Virus record (IMG/VR): IMGVR_UViG_3300025127_000023
Coordinates: 5,533-69,532 of that record
Length of the DNA stretch: 64,000 nucleotides
Reading direction: 5' to 3' (one strand)
DNA from: a virus
The stretch's first letter is position 1, and each line of letters begins with the position of its first letter. The notes beneath the pieces were generated by a model. That model ran no database searches and was not told the DNA's origin. It saw nothing but the letters and a program-made list of their open reading frames with translations. A program made the position numbers and the translations under genes. Positions 8,050-17,600 of the stretch are shown here, in pieces.

Positions 8050-9881
8050 TTATCTTGAAGGGTAAGGGTGTATTCAAGCAACTGCCCGATGGCACATTGG
8101 TGCGTATGTCGTTCCCCGGCCCGGATTCACCACACGATGAGATGTCCCACTTTCACATAGACCATAAAACCAACAAACCACACGCGGAGATTCCCGACGA
8201 TATGCGTTATTGGCCGAAAGAAGCGGCGGCTCGCTTCTATGCTGACGAACTTATCGCGCAAGGTTATCCGAAAGAGAAGGCTTTGGGTTTCGCGAAGAAT
8301 GTGATGAACCAAGCAACGGCACGATTCAACGCAATTAAGAATAAACACGGTGATGACAAAAACAAACTCCCGCGTCCGTTTGACGAGAACGGTGAATTGA
8401 ACCCTGCTTACAAGACAAACACATACGGCACTCACGAAGCAAGAAGAGTTCCTTCATCTCGCAGAAAAACAACCAACCACCGTGGTGATGTTATCAATCT
8501 CCACGCTAACAACGCGCCACACCCAACAGCAGGTCGCGCATTGGAGTCTGCCGCGTTCCATACTCACAAAGAGTTTCAAGACCTCAACAAAGAGTTGGGT
8601 TTTGAGAGTCAATTGGGGTTAAGGTCAAATGTTCTTGAACCTCAACATATCATACGCGCACCGGGCGAAGATGGAAAAATGCGTGGACTGTTGCGACGAT
8701 ACAATTCAAATGAGCGCGACCCTACTCACCCCGATAACACACATGCATTCCCCGAACATCATCGTGAAGCGCGACGCAATCAAGCCTTTTACGGTCAAAT
8801 CAGTCCGTTTGATATTCTTGCAACTGTGGCTCAAAGACACCCGCGCTTCTTTATTCCACACACAGGGGCAGGTCGCCCTCCTGCAAATGTCATTGAAGAC
8901 TTGATGGCTCAAGGTGTAGGTAAACAATTGGCAAATCAAATGGCTCGCGCACCTATTGCTCAAGCCATGTTGGGGCGAGGTAAACAAGGTTCGGGAACTC
9001 AATTCAACAACTTGCTCAATTCAATTAGCAACCACTTGGAGATAAAGCAAAATCCCGATGTTGCCAATCTATATCGGAAACACAAGGGTCAATTCGCGAA
9101 GAAAATCAAAGGAATGGATAGAGGACGAACCGATGGTGCAATTCGTTTGATGGCGATGTTGAAAACAGCGCAAGAGTTAGATTCCGATGTGAATGCGGCT
9201 CTTGGTTCATCTCCCGCCCCTCAATCAGTCATTGAAGGTTGGAACTCATTTTCTGTCCAACAAGGGGGCGAACCTGTTGACTTTGAAGCAATGGGTATCG
9301 CAGATGACCACCATGTAATGAGCAATAGAATTGACCCCGACACAGCGCACTATTACGACACAATCCCTCATCACATTGACATGGACGACACAGCAGGTGC
9401 GCCGGGTGGCGCGTTGCCTCCGCCCGATGGTGGCGATGGTGGAGCAGGTGGCGGTCCACCGTTAGACCAACTTACTCAAGAGCCATCTGCTGATGACCCG
9501 TTCGCGGCTCAAGGTGGAAGCACAGGATTCCGCGCAACAGGTGGGTTCTCACCGTTTCCCGCATTCGCGCCACAGTTTGACCCCGACCAATTCAAGTTCT
9601 CCGAAGACGACCCGATGGGTGCTATCGCGACAATCATGGAACGCGTTCAGCGACACGATACATGGGAAGATGCGAGCATCATGAAATCTGTTTCACGCGT
9701 CAATCTCAATCCAAAAAACGCACACGACATGCGATTTTTGGCAAAGAAAGTTGAACTTGAACCGGCTGATGTTCGCGCTATCGCGATGAGTATTGGGGAT
9801 TGGGATAGAGTTGCGAAACATTTTCAAGTAGGACGCGATGTGGTTGATATTATCAAAGCGTCATGCATGGAGGTCTTATAA
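8046..9881 (+). CDS. Hypothetical protein, His-rich; candidate internal virion protein
   Basis: GGGGTGG SD before ATG 8046; begins MIILK; FSEDDPMGAI motif near C-terminus. Confidence 0.78.
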   Translation: MIILKGKGVFKQLPDGTLVRMSFPGPDSPHDEMSHFHIDHKTNKPHAEIPDDMRYWPKEAAARFYADELIAQGYPKEKALGFAKNVMNQATARFNAIKNKHGDDKNKLPRPFDENGELNPAYKTNTYGTHEARRVPSSRRKTTNHRGDVINLHANNAPHPTAGRALESAAFHTHKEFQDLNKELGFESQLGLRSNVLEPQHIIRAPGEDGKMRGLLRRYNSNERDPTHPDNTHAFPEHHREARRNQAFYGQISPFDILATVAQRHPRFFIPHTGAGRPPANVIEDLMAQGVGKQLANQMARAPIAQAMLGRGKQGSGTQFNNLLNSISNHLEIKQNPDVANLYRKHKGQFAKKIKGMDRGRTDGAIRLMAMLKTAQELDSDVNAALGSSPAPQSVIEGWNSFSVQQGGEPVDFEAMGIADDHHVMSNRIDPDTAHYYDTIPHHIDMDDTAGAPGGALPPPDGGDGGAGGGPPLDQLTQEPSADDPFAAQGGSTGFRATGGFSPFPAFAPQFDPDQFKFSEDDPMGAIATIMERVQRHDTWEDASIMKSVSRVNLNPKNAHDMRFLAKKVELEPADVRAIAMSIGDWDRVAKHFQVGRDVVDIIKASCMEVL

Positions 9882-11500
9882 TGAATATGAAAGACGAAAT
9901 ACAATGGAATAGTAGCATGATGCAAGATGGGGTAATCCTCGGAACAATGGAATATATGTATAAAAAAGGACACACTTTGCAAGAAGCAAATTATGTCCTC
10001 TTTGATGACACCGACAACTCTTACGCGCCTATTCTAAAGGCGATGTCAAGCGTCAACCAAACTCACCCCGACATTCTTCTCAAAGAAATGATTACCAAGA
10101 ATCCACAGGCTCAACAGTTGCAACAGCAACAACGACCGCAGGGGCAAGCACTTGCAGGGGCAGGTGGTGCAACTCAATTTGGAGGCAACGCCCCGCGTGG
10201 CATGATAATGGACCAATCACAAAACTACCGCGCTACAAGTGCAGGAGATATGCGTCGCGAAGGACGAGCCAATCGTGCTGAAATAAAACAACAACGCAAA
10301 ACTCAAAGATTGCAAGAGCGCGCGGAGGCAGGTAAACCTATAACAGCAGGTGAATACGCGAGTGCCGCAGGTGCTAAAGCGAAAGAAATGGGCGGTCGCG
10401 CTCTTGATGCGGCAGGTCGCAGTATCGCGGCAGGTGCAAGAGGCGCAAGAGAAAAAGGGCGACAGGCTCTTGGTGCGGCAAAAGATTTCTTCTCCGGCAG
10501 AATGGGTCGCGAAGCAGACGGTTCAGCCAAAGAGGGATTCCGCGCAAGAATGTCAAGATTGGCACAAGGTATCAAGAACACTCCAAAAGCGATAGTTGAA
10601 GGCACAACCTCAAGGCGCGGTCGTATCAGCAACGAAGGATTAAGAACAGACCAAGACGAGGAGATTCGTCGTTACAAAGACAGTATGCACAGTGGTGGAA
10701 CTCAAGCCCAAAAGGATGAGTTGAAAGAATTGGAAGCGAAACGCGCGGAAACTCAAGCGAAAATAGATGACCCAAGAGCGAAGATGAGTTTGCGACGCAG
10801 GATTAGGGACATCGGAGAACGCGGAACATCACTCCCTCTCCAAGAAGAAGAAGCACCTCCAATGACAGAAGAAGCACCTCCAATGACAGAAGAAGCACCT
10901 CCAATGACAGAAGAAGCACCTCCAATGACAGAAGAAGCACCGGCAGATACACCACCACCAATGGAAGGGCCGACAACAGCAAAGCCCGAAACAGCATCAC
11001 CAATCCCAACACCTGTGGAAGCAGTTGAGGGAGGCGCAAGCGCACCGGCTGTTGAAGCGGCGGCTACTGACACAGCAATGCCGGAAGAAGACCTTTACGC
11101 GAACTTTTCGGGAGATGAAGCGTTCGGTGGTGCAAAAACAACGCGAGGTAAAACTTCTCGCGCACTTGTTGATGCAATGAGAGGCTACGAAGGAAAAGAC
11201 TTTGGTGAGTTAGAAGAGGCGGTAAGAGGCGTTCCTACAAAGAGTGGGGGTAGGCGAAGACTGACACCTTATCACCGAAGAATGATGGAACAACACGCTA
11301 AGAGGCGAGGATTTGGACCGGATATGGACGACGATTCACCGCCACCAATGGAAGCACCAAAAGCACCGAAACCACCGAAAGCCGACGAACCACCTCCAAT
11401 GGAAGAAGAAGAAGAAGTCAAAGCGCGACCTTTGGTTGCCTTTAGCGAAGACCCGATGAGTAGCGCATGGAACGCGTTGATGATTTTGAAGCACAGGTGA
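9881..11500 (+). CDS. Low-complexity protein with EEAPPMT repeats and C-terminal DPMSSAWNALMILK tag
   Basis: GGAGGT SD before ATG 9881; Ala/Arg-rich then acidic Pro-rich. Confidence 0.78.
   Translation: MNMKDEIQWNSSMMQDGVILGTMEYMYKKGHTLQEANYVLFDDTDNSYAPILKAMSSVNQTHPDILLKEMITKNPQAQQLQQQQRPQGQALAGAGGATQFGGNAPRGMIMDQSQNYRATSAGDMRREGRANRAEIKQQRKTQRLQERAEAGKPITAGEYASAAGAKAKEMGGRALDAAGRSIAAGARGAREKGRQALGAAKDFFSGRMGREADGSAKEGFRARMSRLAQGIKNTPKAIVEGTTSRRGRISNEGLRTDQDEEIRRYKDSMHSGGTQAQKDELKELEAKRAETQAKIDDPRAKMSLRRRIRDIGERGTSLPLQEEEAPPMTEEAPPMTEEAPPMTEEAPPMTEEAPADTPPPMEGPTTAKPETASPIPTPVEAVEGGASAPAVEAAATDTAMPEEDLYANFSGDEAFGGAKTTRGKTSRALVDAMRGYEGKDFGELEEAVRGVPTKSGGRRRLTPYHRRMMEQHAKRRGFGPDMDDDSPPPMEAPKAPKPPKADEPPPMEEEEEVKARPLVAFSEDPMSSAWNALMILKHR
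10847..10941 (+). repeat. Perfect 21-bp coding tandem repeat, 4.5 copies
   Basis: GAAGAAGCACCTCCAATGACA at 10847, 10868, 10889, 10910 and partial at 10931. Confidence 0.95.
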
Positions 11501-11509
11501 TGATGGGCT

Positions 11510-12910
11510 ATGGAGGGCTTGAGCCTTGAAACCCTTGAAGAAATTGACTATGAAGTAGCGAAGCGCGACTTCAAGTTCTTCTTTGAGGACATTCTCGGCT
11601 TTCAACTCTCATGGCATCACGAAGAATGGTTCAACAATCTTGAAGCACAACGCAGATATTGTGTTAAAGCGGCGCGTGACCACGGTAAATCAACACTGTT
11701 TCTCGGCTACCTTCTGTGGAAAGTCGCGTTCAATCCAAAATGCAAGGCTGTTCTCATCAGCCACAGTTTGCACCAATCCATTCACCACATGAGGACACTC
11801 AACGACCTCATAGATGGCATACCGTTTCTCGCGAAGATGAAGAAAGCAGATTCGTGGTCAAAGACATTCTTTGGTTTCACGAACGGTTCAAACATCAGCG
11901 CGAAGTCGGTCGGTGGTGCAATTCGTGGTATTCACCCCGACCTCATTCTTTGCGACGACATTCTGTGGGGAACGACAGATACGGAACTACAAAGAGTCGC
12001 GAGTTGGTTCTATGAAGTTCTTGTGCCAACCCTGCACCACTCGTCAAAACTGATGATTGTCGGAACACCGTTTACACCAACTGACCTTTACACCGAATTG
12101 GAACAGCGTGAGGGGTATTTGGTTGAAACTTATCCCGCAATTGATGCGAAGGGTGTCGCTCTTTGGCCGGAACGATGGGACTTGGAATCGCTTGATGCGC
12201 GTCGCAACGACATGCCCGCCATTGCATTTGCGCGTGAGTATTTGTGCGAACCAATGGACGATATGAGCAGTTTGTTCCCGTCTGTTGTTTTGCAAGCCGC
12301 GAAGGACAGCGACTTGACATTGCTCAATCGCGCAGTTGGCGACCCCGATGACCAATACTTCGTCGGTTGGGACCCTGCTATTTCATCGGACAGAAGTGCT
12401 GACTACACGGTTATGGTTGTGCTTCGTCGTCCATCAACGAATCCCGAACTGCTTGAGTTGGTTCATGTTGTTCGCAGAAAGAACATGGACTTCCGCACAC
12501 AGATTACGGAGATTCAAAAAATCAACGCGAAGTTTAATCCCGATGTGATTGAACTTGAAGCCAACAACTTTCAGCGTGTTTTTGCAACTGAACTTCGCGC
12601 GGACACAGACTTACCAATTAAGACATTTATATCCACACGCCAACGCCGAGAGTCGCTACTCATGGGTTTGGTCATGCGTTTTGAGAAAGAGCAAATGAGG
12701 CTACCGTGGGGCGATGAGTCTTCCCGAACCCTTATGAGCGAGTTAGAACGCGAACTACTCATGTTTGGTATGTCCAAGAAGGGCAAGTTGGATAGCATCG
12801 GTCGCCACGATGACTTTGCTATCGCTCTCGCATTGGCGCATTGGGGAACAACCGAGTTCCGCGAACGAATTGTGGATATTGACGAAATGATGGCGGGGTT
12901 GATTGATTGA
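11510..12910 (+). CDS. terL: Terminase large subunit
   Basis: Walker A AARDHGKST, Walker B LILCDD, GTP coupling motif, RNase H-like VGWDPA and HDDFAIALALA. Confidence 0.95.
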   Translation: MEGLSLETLEEIDYEVAKRDFKFFFEDILGFQLSWHHEEWFNNLEAQRRYCVKAARDHGKSTLFLGYLLWKVAFNPKCKAVLISHSLHQSIHHMRTLNDLIDGIPFLAKMKKADSWSKTFFGFTNGSNISAKSVGGAIRGIHPDLILCDDILWGTTDTELQRVASWFYEVLVPTLHHSSKLMIVGTPFTPTDLYTELEQREGYLVETYPAIDAKGVALWPERWDLESLDARRNDMPAIAFAREYLCEPMDDMSSLFPSVVLQAAKDSDLTLLNRAVGDPDDQYFVGWDPAISSDRSADYTVMVVLRRPSTNPELLELVHVVRRKNMDFRTQITEIQKINAKFNPDVIELEANNFQRVFATELRADTDLPIKTFISTRQRRESLLMGLVMRFEKEQMRLPWGDESSRTLMSELERELLMFGMSKKGKLDSIGRHDDFAIALALAHWGTTEFRERIVDIDEMMAGLID

Positions 12911-13320
12911 CTGAATACGAATACATAATGCATGAGCCGATTACGGCAGAAGAATTAGCGATGATGAGTGATGAAGATATTGCAAAAGAAGTTTCATTTT
13001 GCAATTGCTGTTCACCTTTTGAATTGGCAAATGAAGTTCTCAAAGCCAAAAAAAGAAGTAAACCATTTCACGGCTACAATCCAAACAAGCACAGTCGCAA
13101 GGGTGGATTGAATGCTAAAGGTCGTGCCGCCGCGAAGCGAAAAAGTGGCGCGAATCTCAAACCACCTGTCACAACGAAACCGAGCAAATTGAAAGCCGGT
13201 AGTAAGAAGGCCAACCGCCGCAAATCTTTTTGCGCGCGGATGGGTGGCGTAAAAGGTCCGACGAGTAAGAAAGGCAAACTTACACCGAAGGGCGCGGCGT
13301 TAAGGAGGTGGAATTGTTGA
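12907..13320 (+). CDS. Small basic protein (GGLNAKGR...RRKSFCARM...RWNC, DUF6321-like) behind an acidic leader and tag
   Basis: TTGA overlap with terL; motif recalled from marine phage proteins; PFELANEVLK precedes the basic domain. Confidence 0.75.
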   Translation: MTEYEYIMHEPITAEELAMMSDEDIAKEVSFCNCCSPFELANEVLKAKKRSKPFHGYNPNKHSRKGGLNAKGRAAAKRKSGANLKPPVTTKPSKLKAGSKKANRRKSFCARMGGVKGPTSKKGKLTPKGAALRRWNC

Positions 13321-13547
13321 AGCCAATAGATGAAGCATGGTATGTATTAAAAGAAGATAATGACGATGACGCGAAAGCAAAAAAGGACATCATCGCTTGC
13401 TTGAAAAAAGAAGGCGGTGCTTGTAGTTTAGACGACTGTTGTAAAGCATGTGGTCAGTCAAAAGAGGATTGTAAGAAACTCATCAACCAAATGGATAATG
13501 TCAAAATTAGCCCTCATGGTGATGTCATTTTGATGGACGGACTGTGA
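13317..13547 (+). CDS. Small Cys-containing, possibly winged-helix protein with N-terminal PIDEAWYVLK tag
   Basis: GGAGGTG SD at 13304, TTG start overlapping upstream TGA. Confidence 0.7.
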   Translation: MKPIDEAWYVLKEDNDDDAKAKKDIIACLKKEGGACSLDDCCKACGQSKEDCKKLINQMDNVKISPHGDVILMDGL

Positions 13548-13551
13548 TAAT

Positions 13552-13752
13552 ATGAACGAAGAATGCAATTGCGACCATTGCGTGTGCAACAATGCCGCGT
13601 TTGAAATGTTGGAGAAGAAACTTTGTCCCGCAGGTAAAGCGGCGGCGAAAAGAAAGTTCAAGGTTTATCCGTCTGCGTATGCAAACGGTTGGGCTGTTCA
13701 ATACTGTCGCGGTAAGTTCCGTGGCGGTAAAAAGAAGGGGAAGAAGAAATGA
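13552..13752 (+). CDS. Small basic protein with YPSAYANGW motif
   Basis: 66-aa ORF; NAAFEMLEK leader then Lys-rich domain. Confidence 0.75.
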   Translation: MNEECNCDHCVCNNAAFEMLEKKLCPAGKAAAKRKFKVYPSAYANGWAVQYCRGKFRGGKKKGKKK

Positions 13753-13961
13753 TACCAAGTGAAGCACTTGAAGAAGCGTGGGGCTTGATGAAGGGCAAGA
13801 AAGATGCTCCGAATTACAGACCATGTGAAAGCAATAAGTGCTGTGGCAACTGCAAAGCATGGGACGAATCAGCGACAGATAATCCAAAAACAGGCTATTG
13901 TGAATGGTATGATTTTACTTGCCGCGCAGATTACACATGTGATGCATGGGCCGGTAAGTGA
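13749..13961 (+). CDS. HiPIP-like small Cys-rich protein with ALEEAWGLMK tag
   Basis: Y...CGNC..W...GYC...C.AW spacing resembles high-potential Fe-S proteins. Confidence 0.6.
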   Translation: MIPSEALEEAWGLMKGKKDAPNYRPCESNKCCGNCKAWDESATDNPKTGYCEWYDFTCRADYTCDAWAGK

Positions 13962-13966
13962 TTGTC

Positions 13967-15370
13967 ATGTGGTCGGGGTCAATTCTCAAAGACGAAGCGT
14001 TTGAAAATGTCTTTGAGTCGCTATTGAAAAACTCAATTCAAGGCGGTAAAATTGGCGATGGTGAACCTACAACTTCCGCAGGTCAAGGAGAATTAGCCGG
14101 TGCGACTGACCCACCAAAACCAAACAAGATACAGGAAGAGGAAGAGGAAGACAAAATTGTTGATGCTGTCACACAACGACTGAAAAAGAACATGCCGCAA
14201 AACGGTTGGTTTCAATCAATGTTTGGTAAAGACGCGGAAGCGATGGTCAAAGAATTGCGAATGGCTCGTCGCGAAAGAAAGGATATGCGAGATGATATTG
14301 ACCTTGCAATCAACGCCATACGATTAGCAAAGCGTGAAGAGGTTGATTCAACACTCAAGTCAATTTCATGGACGGAGAATCACCTTTCATCTATACGCGG
14401 TCTTGGTGTGTCCGACAGGGACTTGCAAGCGTTGAGAAAACACGGTTCTTCGCGAGAGTTTGCTTTGAGGCGAGCATGTAGTGAATGGGAGAAGGCGAAT
14501 GATGTCATCTCAAAATTGGCTCAAGTTGAAGGTGATTTTGACGAAAACCAATTGGAAATGTGGTTGCAAGCAAATCAAATGAGAAAAGACGCGAAGAAGC
14601 AATGGAAGCAAACATTGCATTCAATTGACAATATCAAAAAGCAAGAGGCCATTTGGCTTACGCGCGCAACAAATGTCCTTACAGAAAGAGGACCGCTATC
14701 ATCAAATGAGATTTTTAATTCAATCGGTTCTCCGAAACATCTTAGCGTTCGCAAAATGGCATCGCTGTTGAAGATGCATGGTGTTGAATACGACATTGAG
14801 AAAATAGGGACGAACTACGGAATAGTCCGCGATGACTTTGTTATTGTCAAGGATATTTGGGCTTATGCGGCAGGTTTCCTTGACGCTGATGGCTACATCA
14901 CAATTACGAAGCGAGGCGAACCAAGAGCCGGTTTTGTCGCGACGGGTGGCCGTGGTAAGATTCATTGTGAGCAGTTGCACAAATCTCTCGGTTGTGGTGT
15001 GCTACAAACTGATTTGAAAATACACAAGAACAGTAAACGCACACAACATCGTCTTCAATTCTATGGCGCGGATGATTTGAGAAAACTACTGAAAGGTATT
15101 CGCCCACATTTGCAAATGAAGAAAGCACAGGCTACTGCTGTCTTGCAGTTGCTTGATTTGAGGGGGGCTAAGAGCAACCTTGTGAAAGCAAGAAGGGACG
15201 AACTTTACCGCGTAGTGAAGTGGGAAAATTGGAAAGATGTTCCCGAAGAGCGCGATAAGTTGCTCCGAGAGTGGAAAGTTGAAGAGCATGAAGTTCTTGC
15301 ATGGGGACAACGGGACAACGAAGTTATCCGACTCGTTGATGATGTTCACCGCATAGAGAGGTTGATTTGA
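13967..15370 (+). CDS. Multidomain protein with C-terminal single-motif LAGLIDADG endonuclease domain
   Basis: YAAGFLDADG at 14864-14893 with downstream LGCG and HLQMKKAQA features; long helical N-terminal region. Confidence 0.85.
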   Translation: MWSGSILKDEAFENVFESLLKNSIQGGKIGDGEPTTSAGQGELAGATDPPKPNKIQEEEEEDKIVDAVTQRLKKNMPQNGWFQSMFGKDAEAMVKELRMARRERKDMRDDIDLAINAIRLAKREEVDSTLKSISWTENHLSSIRGLGVSDRDLQALRKHGSSREFALRRACSEWEKANDVISKLAQVEGDFDENQLEMWLQANQMRKDAKKQWKQTLHSIDNIKKQEAIWLTRATNVLTERGPLSSNEIFNSIGSPKHLSVRKMASLLKMHGVEYDIEKIGTNYGIVRDDFVIVKDIWAYAAGFLDADGYITITKRGEPRAGFVATGGRGKIHCEQLHKSLGCGVLQTDLKIHKNSKRTQHRLQFYGADDLRKLLKGIRPHLQMKKAQATAVLQLLDLRGAKSNLVKARRDELYRVVKWENWKDVPEERDKLLREWKVEEHEVLAWGQRDNEVIRLVDDVHRIERLI

Positions 15371-17214
15371 TGGCAGAAGAAAAGAGAGGCGTAGTTGGCC
15401 GTTTTCTATCTTCGCTATCAAAACCATTCCGAAGACGAACCACACCCGAACCTATTATGCCTTTATGGAAGGCAGGTATTCAAGAGCCTGTCCTTGTTCA
15501 AGGTGTGAGCATTCCTGCTCTTTACGCGACAGTGCAAGAATCTGTTGTGTTGAGAACAACAATCAACACGCTTTGCCAAGAAGTGTTTAGGCGCGGTCAT
15601 TATTGGCAAAAGAAGTTTCACAAGAAATGCACCAACTGCGGAGAAGAATACAAACACGACACTGTTGAGCAATGTCGCGTTTGCGGCAACGAAGAGTTTG
15701 ATGTTCCCGATGTTGACCAAATCCTTTACCCGCGTTGGTTTTTGGAACAAAGAAACAGTATGGACCAATCATTTATGGATGTTATGCGCGAGATTGAGTG
15801 GGACTTGGATATTGTTGATGACGCATTTCTAATTCTCATCAAGGAGTATTTTATTGACCCCGATAACGGAGAGATTTCGTTCTTCCGTATTAAAGAAATC
15901 ATGCGTGGCGACCCAACCTTCATGCGAATAGTCGCTGATAAAAGAGGGTCGCGTGGTGGCAGGTATCTTATTTGTCCTGTTCACCGCGACAAAACTTATC
16001 CTCACAATGGCGACCATCACAACTGCGATGTAGCCGGATGCGGATTACCTCTCCAAGATGTTCATTACATCAACACAGCAGGTAGTGGTAAAACGCAGTA
16101 TTACATTGACGGTGAGATTATTCACACAAGCAAATACAATCCGTCAAAACTGTATGGTCGTAGCCCTGTTGCTACAATGTGGCGACAGGCACAAACACTC
16201 ACAGCGATGGACAATTACATTTACCTCGCGTATCAAAAGCGAAGAATACCTCGCGGTGTTCTCGCAATCACAACCGATAACATTCAATCAACTGCATCGT
16301 TTTGGAAGGGCGCAGAAGAAAAGATGGAGCGCGACCCTCACTACATTCCGAAAGTTGGTATTGAATCAGCATCGGGTCGTGGTAAAGTTGAGTTCGTGCG
16401 TTTTATGGATAGCCTTGATGAAATGCAATACGCGCAAGTTCGTGATGAAGTAAGAATGCGAATTGCCGCGTTCTATGGCGTATCAAGCATTTTCATGATG
16501 GACGCGGGCAAGTCCGGTGGACTCAACAATGAGGGTATGCAAATCCTTGTAACAAATCGCGCTGTTGAATACGGACAGAAAATCTATGCGAAGAATCTTT
16601 TTCCGCGATTACTTCAAGCGATGGGTGTTGAAGATTGGGAATTGACACTTTATCCGAACGAAGAAGAGGATGATGTTACAAGACTACGCCGCGATGAGCA
16701 AGAAGTCAATATCGCACAGCGTATGCAACAACTTGGTTTCCAAGCAGAACTTACAGAAGATGCAGGTCGCGACATACGATTCGTTTACTCAAAGCCCGAC
16801 CCACAGGAACAACAACAACAACCACCACAAGGCGGAGGCGGCGCACCTCCGATGGGTGGCGCACCTCCTATGCCCGGTGGCGGAATGCCTATGCCGCCAC
16901 AACAAGGGCTACCTCCGGGCGGGGGAATGATGCCACCCGGAGGCGGGGGGCTACCTCCGGGCGGCGGACCTCCGCCCGGCCAACAAGGGCAACCAATCAT
17001 GATGATGGAGAAAGGGGGCATGGTTGGTCTTGGTGAAGGCACAGGGCAACGCGATAACGGACCTGCGCCTCTTTCATCCGAAACTCATCTAAGCGGTTCT
17101 CCGAAAACAAAGAAAAATCAACGCGGCTCGGAAAAAACCATTACTGAACAAGCACTTGATGCGGTTGATGCCGCGAAAGACCCAACAAGCAAGAACAAAG
17201 AAAGCGGGTTTTAA
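15370..17214 (+). CDS. Portal protein with Zn-ribbon insertions and Pro/Gly/Gln-rich tail
   Basis: EIIHTSKYNP...LYGRSP, IPRGVL, RIAAFYGV motifs typical of HK97-family portals; position between terL and protease. Confidence 0.9.
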   Translation: MAEEKRGVVGRFLSSLSKPFRRRTTPEPIMPLWKAGIQEPVLVQGVSIPALYATVQESVVLRTTINTLCQEVFRRGHYWQKKFHKKCTNCGEEYKHDTVEQCRVCGNEEFDVPDVDQILYPRWFLEQRNSMDQSFMDVMREIEWDLDIVDDAFLILIKEYFIDPDNGEISFFRIKEIMRGDPTFMRIVADKRGSRGGRYLICPVHRDKTYPHNGDHHNCDVAGCGLPLQDVHYINTAGSGKTQYYIDGEIIHTSKYNPSKLYGRSPVATMWRQAQTLTAMDNYIYLAYQKRRIPRGVLAITTDNIQSTASFWKGAEEKMERDPHYIPKVGIESASGRGKVEFVRFMDSLDEMQYAQVRDEVRMRIAAFYGVSSIFMMDAGKSGGLNNEGMQILVTNRAVEYGQKIYAKNLFPRLLQAMGVEDWELTLYPNEEEDDVTRLRRDEQEVNIAQRMQQLGFQAELTEDAGRDIRFVYSKPDPQEQQQQPPQGGGGAPPMGGAPPMPGGGMPMPPQQGLPPGGGMMPPGGGGLPPGGGPPPGQQGQPIMMMEKGGMVGLGEGTGQRDNGPAPLSSETHLSGSPKTKKNQRGSEKTITEQALDAVDAAKDPTSKNKESGF

Positions 17215-17224
17215 GTGCCGATAC

Positions 17225-17231
17225 CTTCAAG
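17225..17231 (+). promoter_or_regulatory. Putative TATA-like box
   Basis: CTTCAAG, with TTCAAG 30 nt before ATG 17256, in an intergenic gap. Confidence 0.4.
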
Positions 17232-17255
17232 AGTCGGGCGGTAGTGGGGTTATCC

Positions 17256-17597
17256 ATGACCGACCTACTGAATAAGATGGACCCGATGGTTCGTAAGTTG
17301 GAAACCGCGATGGCGGAGTTCAAAGTTGCTCTCGCAAACAACGACCTTGTATCAGCAGAACAATTTCTGCGCAGTATTCAATCAACAAGCGATTATCTCG
17401 CTGATGATGTCACCGCGATTTACAAATCGCAAACTGATAACAAAATTGAAGGTGTCAACGACCGATACGCGGGTGGCGTTCCTGTAATGCAATTCAACAG
17501 TATTGAAAATGTCATTGCTAAAGGAGAAGCGCGACCTTTGGGCTATATTGGCCCGGACAGAATCGGCGGCGTTTTCAAAAAGCAAGGGCAGGTGTGA
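17256..17597 (+). CDS. Hypothetical head-module protein
   Basis: ORF downstream of portal; helical N-terminus. Confidence 0.75.
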   Translation: MTDLLNKMDPMVRKLETAMAEFKVALANNDLVSAEQFLRSIQSTSDYLADDVTAIYKSQTDNKIEGVNDRYAGGVPVMQFNSIENVIAKGEARPLGYIGPDRIGGVFKKQGQV

Positions 17598-17600
17598 TAC

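Noticed and set aside
10847-10941. Possible CRISPR-like array
   Set aside because: Repeats are head-to-tail with no spacers and are in-frame coding
11510-15370. Intein or intron hosting the LAGLIDADG domain
   Set aside because: TerL and portal are uninterrupted, and no intein splice-junction residues or split exons are evident
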